DNA of 64,000 bases from an uncultured bacterium (GCA_963822585.1 CAWGIE010000026.1:388994-452993), one strand, 5' to 3'. Positions 18,762 to 30,592 are shown, counted from the stretch's first letter. The notes: a model not told the origin generated them from the sequence alone. Made by a program: numbers and translations.

Positions 18762-20813
18762 TTAGAGTTTCTTCGGTATCTTGTCCACCTGGAAAGAGAT
18801 CAGTCGGTCATCCTCCTGAAAATCATTAAAATTCCCCAGAGTGACTCCGCATTCCTTGCCGGCGGCAACTTCTTCAACCGTATCTTTGAACCGCTTGAGA
18901 GAGGTGATCGAGTCGGTTGCGATCTCCTCCTCACCTCTCATTATTCTTACCCGGCTTCCCCGCTTGATCTTCCCACTTTCAACGATGCTGCCGGCCACGA
19001 ATCCCAGACCGGAGATCTTGAAAACTTCTTTAACCCGCGCTTCTCCCAGTATCACTTCCTTTAATTCCGGTTCCAGTAAACCCTCCAGGGCCTTGCGGAC
19101 GTCATCCACCGCTTCGTAAATGATCTGATAACAACGGATATCAACCCCTTCTTCATCGGCCAGACGCTTTATTTTGCCGTTAAGAGGGAGCTGAAATCCT
19201 ATGATGACCGCCCGGGAAGCGGCGGCCAGCATAACGTCCGACTCGCTAATGCCGCCGGCGCCGGAGTGCACTATGTTCAGCTTGATCGACTGATTCGTAG
19301 CCGCAACCTCCTTCAGGGCCATGGCGACGGCCTCAACCGATCCCTGAACATCTCCTTTCAGGATTAATGCCAACTCCTTCACTTCACTGCTGGCGATCTG
19401 CTGGAAAAAATCCTCCAGGCGCATCCGGCGGGAAGCATCCCAGGTCTTCTCCTGGAGTTCTTCCCGGCGACGGTGGCTGATCTCACGAGCCTGGCTGTCG
19501 CTCTCCACCACCTGAAAGGAGCTCCCGGCCTCCGGGACTCCGGTCAGACCCATGATCTCGACCGGAGTGGACGGACCGGCCGTCTTCACCTGGCTGCCCC
19601 GATCATCGAACATCCCCTTGACCTTGGCGGAAAACATATCGCAGACCACACTATCTCCCCGTTTCAGCGTCCCGTTCTTGACCAGAACCGTCGCCACCGG
19701 CCCCCGATCGGATGTTAGCCTGGCTTCGATCACCGCGCCGGAGGCAGGACCGTCCGGGTCGGCTTTCAACTCCATCATCTCGGCCTGGAGGAGAATCATC
19801 TCCAGAAGGTGGACAAGACCGACTCCGGTCACGGCGGACAACTCCACGCAGATCGTATCTCCCCCCATCTCCTCGGGCTGGAGGCCGTGTTCGGCCAGCT
19901 GCCGTCGGACACGATCCGCCCGGGCGGTACTTTTATCGATCTTGTTCAGGGCGACGATGATCGGGACATTCGCCGCGCGGGCATGATTGATCGCTTCTTC
20001 GGTCTGAGGCATGATCCCTTCATCAGCCGCCACAACCAGGATCACGATATCCGTCAGATCCGCTCCCCGCGCCCGCATGGTCGTAAAGGCCGCGTGGCCG
20101 GGCGTGTCGAGAAAAACGATGTCGCCATGCTCGGTCTCAACCCGATAAGCCCCGATATGCTGGGTTATCCCCCCCGCTTCACCGGAGGTGATGCGGGATT
20201 TCCTGACCGCGTCGAGAATCGACGTCTTGCCGTGATCGATGTGCCCCATCAGGGTTACCACCGGGCTCCGGGGCCGCAGGTTTTTTCCTTCCGGCACCGG
20301 CTTTTTCGGGACACGAGGGGCGACGGAGGGGACCCCTTCCCCTTCCACCCGTTGCGGCGCGTAAGACCTGATCTCCCGGTCGTACTCGCCGCCCAAAATA
20401 ATGGCCGTCTCTTCATCCAGGAATTGATTGAGAGAGGCGAAGACCCCCATCTCGAGCAGTTTTTTAATCAGTATATTCGGCCGCTGACCGATATATTCAG
20501 CCAGCTGACGGACGGTGACCGGGAACTTGATAACCAGAACCTCGCCTTGAGGCCGGGGGACGGCCTCAGGAACAACGACTTCTTCCTCCGCAGAGAGTTT
20601 CCCGACAGCCGGCCGAGCCGGTGTCTCTTTCCTTTCCTCCTCCGTCGCCCCCGGGGGTGACGGAGCGGTTTGCAGCCGCTCTCTGACCTGGGCCGCCCGG
20701 GCGTCATCCAGGGAGGAGGAATGAGAAGCGACCTCGATCCCCATCTCTTTCAAGCGGGAAAGAAGCTCCTTGCTGGTCAGGCCCAGCTCTCGTGCCAGTT
20801 CGTACACTCTCAT
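18762..20813 (-). CDS. infB: Translation initiation factor IF-2
   Basis: [30 protein letters not shown]. Confidence 0.97.
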   Translation of the reverse strand: MRVYELARELGLTSKELLSRLKEMGIEVASHSSSLDDARAAQVRERLQTAPSPPGATEEERKETPARPAVGKLSAEEEVVVPEAVPRPQGEVLVIKFPVTVRQLAEYIGQRPNILIKKLLEMGVFASLNQFLDEETAIILGGEYDREIRSYAPQRVEGEGVPSVAPRVPKKPVPEGKNLRPRSPVVTLMGHIDHGKTSILDAVRKSRITSGEAGGITQHIGAYRVETEHGDIVFLDTPGHAAFTTMRARGADLTDIVILVVAADEGIMPQTEEAINHARAANVPIIVALNKIDKSTARADRVRRQLAEHGLQPEEMGGDTICVELSAVTGVGLVHLLEMILLQAEMMELKADPDGPASGAVIEARLTSDRGPVATVLVKNGTLKRGDSVVCDMFSAKVKGMFDDRGSQVKTAGPSTPVEIMGLTGVPEAGSSFQVVESDSQAREISHRRREELQEKTWDASRRMRLEDFFQQIASSEVKELALILKGDVQGSVEAVAMALKEVAATNQSIKLNIVHSGAGGISESDVMLAAASRAVIIGFQLPLNGKIKRLADEEGVDIRCYQIIYEAVDDVRKALEGLLEPELKEVILGEARVKEVFKISGLGFVAGSIVESGKIKRGSRVRIMRGEEEIATDSITSLKRFKDTVEEVAAGKECGVTLGNFNDFQEDDRLISFQVDKIPKKL

Positions 20814-20815
20814 TA

Positions 20816-20863
20816 TATATTAGCTCGCTGCGCTCGCAAATTTATGTAGGATCGTCCTTCACT
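20816..20863 (+). repeat. Truncated left end of the dispersed element between nusA and infB
   Basis: TATATTAGCTCGCTGCGCTCGCAAATTTATGTAGGATCGTCCTTC is nearly identical to 30593-30637. Confidence 0.7.
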
Positions 20864-20865
20864 CG

Positions 20866-22107
20866 TCAATTATTATTCGTCTCCGTCAGCTCGCGGGCGG
20901 CTTTTATCAGGTCCTCGGCCGTCTTTTGCCCGATCCCGTCAACCTGCATCAAATCGGACGGATCGGAAATGGCGATGACCGGGAGACCGGTAAAACCGGC
21001 TTCCACCAGGTTCCGGGCCATTTTTTCTCCCACTCCCGGCAAAACGGAGAGCGAGGCAATAGCCGACTTCACGCCTTTCAGCACCTCCCCCTCCCGGAAA
21101 ATATCGATCTTCCAGCCGGTCAGGCGGGAGGAGAGCCGCACATTCTGTCCTTTTTTGCCGATGGCCAGGGAGAGCTGATCTTCGTCCACGATGACCTCAC
21201 ATTCCCCCTTATCATTGATAGTGACCATTTTAAGTTTGGCCGGACTGAGAGCGTTGGTAATATAGGTGACCTGATCTTCGTCCCAGCGAATAACATCGAT
21301 CTTCTCCCCGTTCAGCTCCCTGACCACGCTTTTGACCCGGTTGCCGCGCAGACCGACACAGGCGCCCACGCTGTCCACCTTATCATCGACGGCACAGACC
21401 GCGATCTTGGTGCGATACCCCGGTTCCCGGGCAATCCCTTTTATCTCCACCACCCCCTCATCTATCTCGGGGACTTCCAGTTCGAAGAGACGGCGAACGA
21501 AATTCGGGTGAGTGCGGGAGAGAACCACTTCCGGTCCTTTTGTCCGTTCCCGCACATCAAGTATATAGGTGCGGATACGCGCGCCCAGCCGGTATTCTTC
21601 ATGATGGCACTGTTCCCGGGGAGGCATCACTCCTTCAGTCCGGCCGAGATCGATGACGACGTTCTGCTTGTCATAATGCCTGATGACCCCGCTCACGATC
21701 TCGCCGATCCGCCCCTGATACTCCCCGAAGACAACGTTCTTCTCCGCCTCCCTGATTTTCTGGATAACCACCTGCTTGGCGGTCTGGGCGGCAATACGGC
21801 CGAAATTCTTCGGCGTGACTTCCTTGGTCACCTCGTCCCCGATTTTGGCCGCCGGCGCTAATTTCCGGGCGTCATCGAGGGTAATTTCACCATACGGATC
21901 GCTAACTCTCTCGACGACAAGCAGCTTGGAGAATGCCTTGATGTCTCCGGTCTTCGGATCAATCGTGACCTCCAGTTCCCGGGCCGGACCAATGCTTTTC
22001 TTGGAGGCGGAGAGGAGGGACGACTGGATCGCCTCGATGAGCACCTCCCGAGGTATCCCCTTTTCTCTTTCCATATGATCCAGAACAGCTATTAAATCGG
22101 CGTTCAT
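20866..22107 (-). CDS. nusA: Transcription termination factor NusA
   Basis: FGRIAAQTAKQ, REPGYRTK, GACVG, SLAIGKKGQNVRL; start at ATG 22107. Confidence 0.96.
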   Translation of the reverse strand: MNADLIAVLDHMEREKGIPREVLIEAIQSSLLSASKKSIGPARELEVTIDPKTGDIKAFSKLLVVERVSDPYGEITLDDARKLAPAAKIGDEVTKEVTPKNFGRIAAQTAKQVVIQKIREAEKNVVFGEYQGRIGEIVSGVIRHYDKQNVVIDLGRTEGVMPPREQCHHEEYRLGARIRTYILDVRERTKGPEVVLSRTHPNFVRRLFELEVPEIDEGVVEIKGIAREPGYRTKIAVCAVDDKVDSVGACVGLRGNRVKSVVRELNGEKIDVIRWDEDQVTYITNALSPAKLKMVTINDKGECEVIVDEDQLSLAIGKKGQNVRLSSRLTGWKIDIFREGEVLKGVKSAIASLSVLPGVGEKMARNLVEAGFTGLPVIAISDPSDLMQVDGIGQKTAEDLIKAARELTETNNN

Positions 22108-22226
22108 TATTCCCACCTTATTATCCCTATCCTGCTCGAAAAAATTTCGAACAGGAAAACCTGCTATCGGCCCCCTGAATAAATACACGTGATCAACTGT
22201 TTCACGCATCGCCGGGCCTTTTAAGC

Positions 22227-22252
22227 AAAAGAGTGGGCCTCCACCCACTCTT
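22227..22252 (-). promoter_or_regulatory. Terminator/attenuator-like leader of the nusA-infB operon (rimP-leader type)
   Basis: Minus strand AAGAGTGGG-tggagg-CCCACTCTTTT upstream of nusA. Confidence 0.55.
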
Positions 22253-22340
22253 GAACAGAACGATAGAAGTCAGTCGCATACAGCCCGGTAATCTACATTA
22301 AAATACAACCGTGCCGGCAGCGTCAAGGGAAAATGTGCCC

Positions 22341-24332
22341 TTACTCGTATCTGAGGGCGGTGATCGGATCGAGACGAGCGGCCTGGCGGGCGGGCCAGAG
22401 TCCGAAAAGCAGGCCTACCAATATGGAGAATAGGGTGGCGAGAGCGATTGAAAAGGGGGTTATCTTTACCGACCAGCCGGCGAAGAATGAGAGCAGCCAT
22501 GCGATCCCCCCTCCCAGCACTACCCCGGCCACGCCGCCGCTCAGCGTCATTACCACCGCCTCGATCAGGAACTGGGTCAGAATGTCTCTTTGCCGGGCAC
22601 CGACCGCTTTCCGCAGTCCGATCTCCCGGGTGCGCTCGGTGACCGAGACCAGCATGATGTTCATAATCCCGATGCCACCCACCAGCAGAGAGATGGCGGC
22701 GATCGATCCCAGCAGCATCCCCATGGTCCTGGTCGTGCTTTCGAGTGTTTCCTGGATCTCCGCCATGTTTCTGATCTGGAAAGAGCTTTTTTGTTCTTCA
22801 TCAAGCCGATGGAGTTTCATGATCAGAGCGCTCAGAGCCTCCTCGGCCGGTGCCATCAGCGCCTGATCCTTGATCTCCACGTCAATCGAATCAACATAGT
22901 CCTTTCCCAGAAGACGGTACATGGCGGTGGTAACGGGGATCATCACCACGTCGTCGAGGTCTCTCCAGGCTTGGCTCCCCTTTTCGGGCATCACGCCGAT
23001 CACCCGAAAATTGATTTTGTTGATTTTTATCACGGCCCCGATGGGATCGGCGTCGCCGAACAGCTCCCGGACAACGGTCGCGCCGATGACGGCGACCTTA
23101 TCTCTCCGGCGCAGTTCCTCCTCGTTAAAATACCGGCCGATCCGCGGAACCGACGCCCTCATCTCGGGATAATCAACGCCGGTTCCTTCGATGCGGGTAC
23201 TCCAGTTCTTGTTGCCGTAGACCAGCTGCCCTCTTCCGCTGACCGAGGGGGAGACACGGCGAACCGGGGTAAGTTTGGCCATGGCATCGGCATCCTTGAG
23301 GGTAAACCGGGTCACGGCCCCCGCTTCCAGCGACACTCCCCGGACATTCCGGGACCCGGGCCGGACCATGAGCATGTTCGAACCCAGTCGGGCCAGGTCG
23401 CGTTGGATGGCTGCCGTCGCACCCGTCCCCAGAGCCAGCATCGCTATCACCGCCCCCACCCCGATCAGGATACCGAGCATGGAGAGAATCGAACGAAGCT
23501 TATGCGCGAAGACGGCATGAAGGGACTGCCGGAAGTGATCCCGGAGCACGGCTTTCCCGCCTTGGGAAGGGAGTCCGGCATGCTCCGGCACAGAACCGAG
23601 CTCCTCCACGGGCGCGATTGATTCGGGGGGACTGCTTCCCGTCCGCCGGTCGGAAATAATCTCCCCGTCCCGCATCTGGATCACTCGACGGGCCCGGGCG
23701 GCCAGATCCGGCTCGTGGGTGACCATGACCACGGTCTTCCCCCGACGGTTCAGACGCTCCAGGATGGAGATGATCTCCTCCTCGCTCACGCTGTCCAGGT
23801 TGCCGGTCGGCTCGTCGGCGAATATGATGGCGGGATCATTGACCAGGGAGCGGGCGATCGCCACCCGCTGGCGCTCGCCCCCCGACAGTTCATTGGGACG
23901 ATGATCGGCTCGATCGGATAGCCCGACTTCGCGGATCCTGTCCATCGCTTGCTGGCGGCAGGAACTCTGGCCGGCGTAGATCAGGGGAAGTTCAGCGTTC
24001 TGGAGAGCGGTATTGTCGGGAAGCAGGTGAAACTGCTGGAAGACAAAGCCCATCCGGCGATTGCGCAGATAGGCCAGCTCGTCGTCGGAAAGTCCCTCGA
24101 CCGGGCGCCCCTCCAGGAAGTATGAGCCCGTATCGGGCCGATCGAGCAACCCGAGGATGTGAAGGAGGGTGGATTTTCCCGAGCCGGATGGTCCCATCAC
24201 GGCCACGAAATCGCCCCGGGCGATGGAAAGGGAAACCCGGATCAGGGCGTGGACTCCGACTTTCCCCATCAGATAGGTCTTGCTAACATTTTCCAGCTTG
24301 ATTATCGGTTCCGAAGAAGGCATTGGTTCCAC
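22341..24332 (-). CDS. macB: MacB-type ABC transporter (fused ATPase and permease)
   Basis: [46 protein letters not shown]. Confidence 0.85.
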   Translation of the reverse strand: MEPMPSSEPIIKLENVSKTYLMGKVGVHALIRVSLSIARGDFVAVMGPSGSGKSTLLHILGLLDRPDTGSYFLEGRPVEGLSDDELAYLRNRRMGFVFQQFHLLPDNTALQNAELPLIYAGQSSCRQQAMDRIREVGLSDRADHRPNELSGGERQRVAIARSLVNDPAIIFADEPTGNLDSVSEEEIISILERLNRRGKTVVMVTHEPDLAARARRVIQMRDGEIISDRRTGSSPPESIAPVEELGSVPEHAGLPSQGGKAVLRDHFRQSLHAVFAHKLRSILSMLGILIGVGAVIAMLALGTGATAAIQRDLARLGSNMLMVRPGSRNVRGVSLEAGAVTRFTLKDADAMAKLTPVRRVSPSVSGRGQLVYGNKNWSTRIEGTGVDYPEMRASVPRIGRYFNEEELRRRDKVAVIGATVVRELFGDADPIGAVIKINKINFRVIGVMPEKGSQAWRDLDDVVMIPVTTAMYRLLGKDYVDSIDVEIKDQALMAPAEEALSALIMKLHRLDEEQKSSFQIRNMAEIQETLESTTRTMGMLLGSIAAISLLVGGIGIMNIMLVSVTERTREIGLRKAVGARQRDILTQFLIEAVVMTLSGGVAGVVLGGGIAWLLSFFAGWSVKITPFSIALATLFSILVGLLFGLWPARQAARLDPITALRYE

Positions 24333-24444
24333 ACTGATTCAAAACGTTATCTCATCGGGGTAAAATCGATTACAACCACTTTGTTTTTTTAGATAAAAAT
24401 ATATTTTTTCGAGTTAGGTGTGGATCGGGGCGTACGCATCAGGG

Positions 24445-26160
24445 TCAGACCGAACATTCCCCGCCGGCGAGCAGGCCGTCAATCAAGCCCGATACTTCCG
24501 GGGGTGCGACGGTATGCAGGGTATCGGAATCGCGGCGCTTCACCTCTACCAATCCGGTTGCAAGAAACTTTCTGCCGACGGTGACACGAACGGGTATTCC
24601 GAGCAAATCGCTGTCGTTGAACTTCACGCCCGCGCTGACCGGTCGGTCATCATAGAGAACCTCGCGCCCCTCATCTTCCAGCAGCCGGTAAAGGTTTTCG
24701 GCCGGCCGGGCAATCGTTTCATCGGAGGAGTTGATCGCCACCACCGATACCTGATACGGAGCAACCGCGGAAGGCCAGACAATACCTTTCCCGTCATGGT
24801 GCTGTTCGATAACGGCCGCTATCGTACGGCTGATGCCGATCCCGTAGCACCCCATGATAGGGGGACGCTCGCCGCCGGACTGGTCCTTCACCATGGCCCC
24901 CATCGAACTGCTGTATTTCGTGCCCAGCATGAACACATGCCCCACTTCGATACCGCGCCGAAGAGACATCGCCCCCCCACACCCGGCGCAGAGATCTCCT
25001 TCCACCGCCACCGCCAGATCCCGGTATTCCCCGATCGGGCAGTCGCGGTCCACGTTGACATGTATGATATGAGTGTCTTTCCGATTGGCGCCGGTGATCC
25101 CGTCGTGCACAGCGGCAACACTGTAATCGGCGATCACGCGGACGCCTTTCAACCCCACCGGGCCGGCAAAACCAAGGGGGGCTCCCGTGACCTTGAGGAT
25201 AGTCTCCTCGTCGGCAAGCTCCAGGTCGCTCTCGCCCAGAACCCTTCTCACCTTCCCTTCGTTTACCTCGCGGTCACCCCGGATCAGAACAGCGATCGGG
25301 GTCCCCGCCGCCCGGTAAATCAGCGTCTTAATAAATCGGTCCGGCGTGGTCTGGAAAAAAGCCGCCAGTTCCTCGACCGTCCGGATATCGGGGGTATCGA
25401 CCTCCCGCACTTTTTCATCGGTACGGGCGGCCGGGACCGGGGCGGCGCGGGCGGCCAGCTCCACGTTGGCGGCATAACCGCAGCCCGGGCAGACGACGAT
25501 CGCGTCTTCCCCCGTTTCGGCGGGAACCATGAACTCATGGGACCGGCTCCCTCCCATCATCCCGGTATCCGCCTCCACCGCCATCGCCGTCAGCCCGCAG
25601 CGCTCGAATATCCTCTGGTAAGCGTCGTACATTTTTTGATAACTGAGGACAGCGGACTCCTCATCCACGTCGAAGCTGTATGCGTCCTTCATGATGAATT
25701 CCCGCGAGCGCATGACCCCGAAGCGCGGCCGGATTTCATCACGAAACTTGGTGTTGATCTGATAAAGATTGACCGGGAGCTGCTTATAGGAGCTGATCTC
25801 GTGGGCGACCAGATCCGTGACCACCTCCTCGTGCGTCGGGCCCAGAACCAGCTCCCGGCCCTGGTGGGTTTTTGCCTTGAGCATGATCTCGTCCATCGAC
25901 TCCCAGCGTCCGCTCTTCTCCCAGAGGTCCCGGGGCTGGAGGATCGGCATCAGGATCTCGATGGCCCCGGCATTATTCATCTCTTCGCGGACGATTGATT
26001 CGACCTTGCGCAATACCCGCAGTCCCAGGGGTAAAAAAGTGTAGAGACCGGAGGCGAGCTTCCGCATCAGGCCGGACCGGATCATCAGCCGGTGACTCGG
26101 GATCTCGGCTTCCTGGGGGTCATCACGCTGGGTTGCTATCAGAGTCTGCGTCCATCTCAT
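24445..26160 (-). CDS. proS: Proline--tRNA ligase (bacterial type with editing domain)
   Basis: LGPTHEE, FRDEIRPRFG, GIEVGHVF, MGCYGIG. Confidence 0.97.
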   Translation of the reverse strand: MRWTQTLIATQRDDPQEAEIPSHRLMIRSGLMRKLASGLYTFLPLGLRVLRKVESIVREEMNNAGAIEILMPILQPRDLWEKSGRWESMDEIMLKAKTHQGRELVLGPTHEEVVTDLVAHEISSYKQLPVNLYQINTKFRDEIRPRFGVMRSREFIMKDAYSFDVDEESAVLSYQKMYDAYQRIFERCGLTAMAVEADTGMMGGSRSHEFMVPAETGEDAIVVCPGCGYAANVELAARAAPVPAARTDEKVREVDTPDIRTVEELAAFFQTTPDRFIKTLIYRAAGTPIAVLIRGDREVNEGKVRRVLGESDLELADEETILKVTGAPLGFAGPVGLKGVRVIADYSVAAVHDGITGANRKDTHIIHVNVDRDCPIGEYRDLAVAVEGDLCAGCGGAMSLRRGIEVGHVFMLGTKYSSSMGAMVKDQSGGERPPIMGCYGIGISRTIAAVIEQHHDGKGIVWPSAVAPYQVSVVAINSSDETIARPAENLYRLLEDEGREVLYDDRPVSAGVKFNDSDLLGIPVRVTVGRKFLATGLVEVKRRDSDTLHTVAPPEVSGLIDGLLAGGECSV

Positions 26161-26190
26161 CTCGTATGTCCCCTGGCGGTTTTAAAAATA

Positions 26191-26410
26191 TAAATTAGCG
26201 GCTTTGCCGCTAATTTAGTGAATTTTCATTTTTCAACTTAAAACAGATTAATGATAGTCCAAAAATTAGTTCATGTCCAACTGCTCAATCCATAACGGTA
26301 AGCCCTTAGCATTATATAGAAAAAACAAACTATGTTTTTTTGGTTGCTTTTTCGTCTGCTTCGGAATTTCAATAATCGGATAAATCCGATTATTGAAATT
26401 CCGAAGCAGA
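26191..26410 (+). mobile_element. Dispersed element unit ending in a palindromic double end-motif
   Basis: TAAATTAGCGGC-TTT-GCCGCTAATTTA ... TCTGCTTCGGAATTTCAATAATCGGA-TAAA-TCCGATTATTGAAATTCCGAAGCAGA. Confidence 0.7.
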
Positions 26411-26554
26411 TAATGTAGCATGGCGGGAGATGGGGGTGAAAGGAAAAAGCGGCAGGGAACGGCAGCCGGTAATCAGTAATCAGTGATCAGTTAACGGTCC
26501 CCGAGCGGCGACTTGAGTCTGTTATTATAATCCGCGCCGGATCAGGGAACTGAT

Positions 26555-28081
26555 TTACGGTGTTTTCTGATTGCTTTTTTCGGCCGATCTTCTCTTCCTT
26601 AGCTCCTGGTAACGGGCATAAGAGAGGTCAGCGTTCTTCTGATCGGAAAATTGATCCCGGTAGAGCCGATAAAGACGATACACGGGGGTCGGATCTTCGG
26701 GGGTTAACACGCTCCAGGCCCGGTACTGGGCCAACGCTTCGGGATATTGCCGCAGGCTGTCATAGAGCGTACCCAGCTGGCGATGATAATAGGGAGCGCG
26801 GACCGGATCTTCCGAGAGCAGCCGGAGACAGGCCGAGATCAGTCGGCGGGTATACTTCTCGATCAATTCCCGGCGCTGCGCCTTCTCGGCCAGTCTATTC
26901 AATCGTTCCAGAACCCGGAGATCCGATTCTTTCCCTTGCTTATCCTCCCACAGGGCAATCGCTTTCAGATAGGCATCCGTCGCTTCCGCCGTCCGGCCGA
27001 GTTCGGAGAGCTTGTCACCGATTTCCTCCATAACGCCGGCCCGGGACAAGGGGTCCAGATCCGGCAACGCCGCTCGGTAAGCTTCCAGGGCCCGTTCCGG
27101 CTGCTCGTGTCGATCCAGGAAACGGGCGATCTTCATTCTGACCGCGGCCCTCTTCTTCCCCGGGGGCGCCGAAGCGGAGGCCTTCTCCATCCAGTCCAGC
27201 GCCGAATCCGTTTCACCCGAATCTTCAAGAATCCCGGCGGTCTTGACCCTGACCGCTACCGGGTCGACTCCTTTCCGTTCCTCAGCCTCACGGTAAAGCG
27301 AAAGCGCTTTCGGCAAATCTCCCCGGGAACGATAAAAATCAGCCTGGCGCAGCAAAGCCTTGGCCCCGTCTTTCCCTTCGATGGCCACCGCGGAAGCGTA
27401 TTCCCGCTCGGCTGATTTCATGTCTCCCCTCTCGACATAGAGATCGCCGATCTGAAGAGTGTAGTCAAGAGCGCGGGACGGCCGATCCTGTATCCGCTGT
27501 CGGTAGTCGCGCACTATCCATTCATAATAGCGAAGGGCTTCATCTTCCTCCCCCTTCCGGGAGAGGAGCCGGGCGATCTTGCGAAGATAGGGGATCCGGG
27601 AGCCGGACCCGGTCCAGAAAAGAAATCTGTATTGCTGGAGAAGCAGATCGTCCCTTCCTGCCTTTTCCCATTCTTTGAGCTGCTGACGGGAACGGGCGGC
27701 GGCGGTGGGGCGATCGGACTCATCGGCGGACTGGTATTCCCGGGCCGCTTCCTGATCCCGGCCCAGCGACGCATAGATATCCCCGATCCGCCGATGATAC
27801 GCGGCCGCTCGGGAAGAGTCGGTAATCAAAGCGTACCGATAGAGACTGACCGCCTTTTCGGGTTCGCCAACCTGCAGATAGAGGCGCGCCAGCTTATTGC
27901 GGGAGGAAGCGGCAGTAGCCGGGTTATGGGCGATCTTCAGTTTCAACTCCCCGATTTCCCGGTAGATCGCAGCCCGAGCGGGGGTGGGGGTAGCCATGGA
28001 GGGCGCCCCGGTCGGGGATGCGGCAAGAGCGAACAGCGAGCGGGGAGCCGCCAGGAAAAGGAGGCTGAAAAACGAGATCAC
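26555..28081 (-). CDS. Exported tetratricopeptide-repeat protein
   Basis: Signal-peptide-like N-terminus followed by many TPR-like helical repeats. Confidence 0.7.
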   Translation of the reverse strand: MISFFSLLFLAAPRSLFALAASPTGAPSMATPTPARAAIYREIGELKLKIAHNPATAASSRNKLARLYLQVGEPEKAVSLYRYALITDSSRAAAYHRRIGDIYASLGRDQEAAREYQSADESDRPTAAARSRQQLKEWEKAGRDDLLLQQYRFLFWTGSGSRIPYLRKIARLLSRKGEEDEALRYYEWIVRDYRQRIQDRPSRALDYTLQIGDLYVERGDMKSAEREYASAVAIEGKDGAKALLRQADFYRSRGDLPKALSLYREAEERKGVDPVAVRVKTAGILEDSGETDSALDWMEKASASAPPGKKRAAVRMKIARFLDRHEQPERALEAYRAALPDLDPLSRAGVMEEIGDKLSELGRTAEATDAYLKAIALWEDKQGKESDLRVLERLNRLAEKAQRRELIEKYTRRLISACLRLLSEDPVRAPYYHRQLGTLYDSLRQYPEALAQYRAWSVLTPEDPTPVYRLYRLYRDQFSDQKNADLSYARYQELRKRRSAEKSNQKTP

Positions 28082-28120
28082 AGAGACTGTTTTCAGGACG
28101 AGACCTGCTGCCTGTTCGGT

Positions 28121-30574
28121 TTAATTTTGTTCCCCGGTATCGTCAAGCATCATGAAATGGATACGCTTATTCTTCACCCCGATCCTGACCCGGGAGCCTT
28201 CGATGATCTGCCCTCTCAGGATAGACTCGGCCAGTTTGTCCTCGACAAACCTCTCCAGAGCCCTGCGCAGAGGACGGGCACCCATGGTCATATCGTACCC
28301 TTCCGAAATAAGCAACTCCCCGGCCGGCCCGGTCATCTCCAGGGTAATGCCCCGATCCCGCAGACGCTCTTTGACCTCCTCCATCTGGAGATCAAGAATC
28401 CGGATCAGATCCTTCTTGCCCAGTTGATGGAAGACGATGATATCATCGACCCGGTTTAGAAACTCCGGTTTAAAAATTTTCTTTACCTCCCCCAGGACCG
28501 CGTTCTTGATCTCGTGATGTTGCTCTTTCCCGGTCCGGGTTCCGAAGCCGACGGTTGTTCCTTTCCGCAACAGCTCGGCGCCGGCATTTGAGGTCATGAT
28601 AACCACCGTGTTGCGGAAATCGACCGCCCGTCCCCAGTTATCGGTGAGGGTGCCCTCTTCCAGTATCTGGAGCAGGATTCCCATCACTTCGGGATGGGCC
28701 TTCTCAACCTCGTCGAAGAGGACAACCGAGTAGGGACGCCGCCTTACCTGCTCGGTCAACTGTCCGCCCTCCTCATAGCCGACATACCCGGGCGGCGATC
28801 CCACCATCCGGGAGACCGCGAATTTTTCCATATATTCAGACATATCAAGCTGGATCAGAGCTTCCTCGTTACCGAACATGAACTCGGCCAGGGCGCGCGC
28901 CAGATAGGTCTTTCCGACACCGGTCGGTCCCAGAAAGATGAAAGAACCGATCGGGCGGCGCGGATCTTTCAGATTGGCGCGGGAACGGCGCAGGGAACGG
29001 GAAATGGCGGCAATCGCCTCATCCTGACCGATAACCCTCCGATGAATCTCCTCTTCCATCCGTAATAGCTTTTCCGTCTCCTCCTCTTCCATCCGGGAAA
29101 CCGGTATCCCGGTCCACTTGGAAAGGACCTGTGCCACCCCTTCCTCATCGACGGTCACTTTCCGGGCGGAGCTGGCATTCATCCATCGGGTCAGCCGTTC
29201 ATCGAGCTGGTGCTGCGCTTTCTTCTCTTCGTCCCTCAATCGAGCGGCCTGTTCAAAATCCTGTTTTTTAACCGTCGCCTCTTTCCGCCGGTTAAGCTTA
29301 CGAACCTTTTCTTCCAGTTTCTTTAAAGCATCCGGCCGGGTCATGACGGATATCCTGGCCCGGGCGGCGGCCTCATCGATGAGATCAATCGCCTTGTCGG
29401 GTAGATAGCGGCCGGGAAGATACCGGTCGGAAAGCTCCGCGGCCGCGGTGATGGCCTCATCGGAAATAACGGCGTTGTGATGCTCCTCGTATTTTTTCCG
29501 CAATCCCTGGAGAATTTTAATGGTTTCCGCCACCGTATTGGCAGCGACCCGGATAACCTGAAAGCGGCGCTCCAGAGCCGCGTCCTTCTCGATATATTTG
29601 CGGTACTCGTTCATGGTGGTGGCGCCGATACATTGTATCTCTCCCCGGGAAAGGGCGGGCTTGAGAATGTTGGAAGCATCCATCGCTCCTTCCGCGCTGC
29701 CCGCTCCCACGATCGTGTGGAGTTCGTCAATGAAAAGCAGCACATCCCGGGCCCGCTTGATCTCGTCCATCACCGCCTTCAGCCGCTCTTCAAACTGGCC
29801 CCGGTACTTGGTTCCGGCGACCATCAGGACCAGATCCAGAGTAATGACCTTTTTGTTCCTGAGGATCTCCGGGACTTCGCCGGCGACGATTTTCTGTGCC
29901 ATCCCCTCCACGATCGCCGTCTTCCCGACGCCGGCTTCACCGATCAGAACCGGGTTATTTTTAGTACGGCGGCACAGGATCTGACTGACACGCTCGATCT
30001 CGTTTTCCCGCCCGATGACCGGATCAAGCTTGCCCGACCGGGCCAGTTCGGTGAGATCGCGTCCGAAGGCTTTCAGGGCCGGAGTCTTGGAGGGTTTCTT
30101 CTTACCCGGTTCCGGCGGCGGCGGCTGGGAGCCGTATTCCATCTTCAGTTTCTCCAGTATCCGCCGGCGGGTTTCATCCAGGTCGACCCCCAGGTTCTTC
30201 AAAACCCGGGCCGCGACGCCCTCCCCCTCCTTAATCAGGCCCAGAAGAAGATGCTCGGTGCCGATATAGCTGTGCTTGAGCTGTTTGGCCTCTCCCAGTG
30301 CCAGTTCGATGACCTTCCGGGCCTTGACGGTCAGGGGCACCTCGCCGATCACCTTGGTCTCCGGGCCGCTCCCGACCGCCCGTTCTATCTCCCTCCAGAG
30401 AGTTTCAAAATCAATCCCCATCTCCCGCAGTACATCCACGGCCACTCCCTGCCCCAGCTTTACCAACCCCAGAAGGAGGTGTTCGGTGCCGATATAATTA
30501 TGATTGAAGCGATCCGCTTCCTTCCGGGCCAGAAGGATCACTTGACGGGCCCGGGGTGTGAATTGATCGAACAT
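28121..30574 (-). CDS. clpC: ATP-dependent Clp protease ATP-binding subunit ClpC
   Basis: Two Clp-N repeats (GTEHLLLGL), [11 protein letters not shown] coil ([10 protein letters not shown]), GPTGVGKT. Confidence 0.95.
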   Translation of the reverse strand: MFDQFTPRARQVILLARKEADRFNHNYIGTEHLLLGLVKLGQGVAVDVLREMGIDFETLWREIERAVGSGPETKVIGEVPLTVKARKVIELALGEAKQLKHSYIGTEHLLLGLIKEGEGVAARVLKNLGVDLDETRRRILEKLKMEYGSQPPPPEPGKKKPSKTPALKAFGRDLTELARSGKLDPVIGRENEIERVSQILCRRTKNNPVLIGEAGVGKTAIVEGMAQKIVAGEVPEILRNKKVITLDLVLMVAGTKYRGQFEERLKAVMDEIKRARDVLLFIDELHTIVGAGSAEGAMDASNILKPALSRGEIQCIGATTMNEYRKYIEKDAALERRFQVIRVAANTVAETIKILQGLRKKYEEHHNAVISDEAITAAAELSDRYLPGRYLPDKAIDLIDEAAARARISVMTRPDALKKLEEKVRKLNRRKEATVKKQDFEQAARLRDEEKKAQHQLDERLTRWMNASSARKVTVDEEGVAQVLSKWTGIPVSRMEEEETEKLLRMEEEIHRRVIGQDEAIAAISRSLRRSRANLKDPRRPIGSFIFLGPTGVGKTYLARALAEFMFGNEEALIQLDMSEYMEKFAVSRMVGSPPGYVGYEEGGQLTEQVRRRPYSVVLFDEVEKAHPEVMGILLQILEEGTLTDNWGRAVDFRNTVVIMTSNAGAELLRKGTTVGFGTRTGKEQHHEIKNAVLGEVKKIFKPEFLNRVDDIIVFHQLGKKDLIRILDLQMEEVKERLRDRGITLEMTGPAGELLISEGYDMTMGARPLRRALERFVEDKLAESILRGQIIEGSRVRIGVKNKRIHFMMLDDTGEQN

Positions 30575-30592
30575 GGATAGACTCCTATAATA

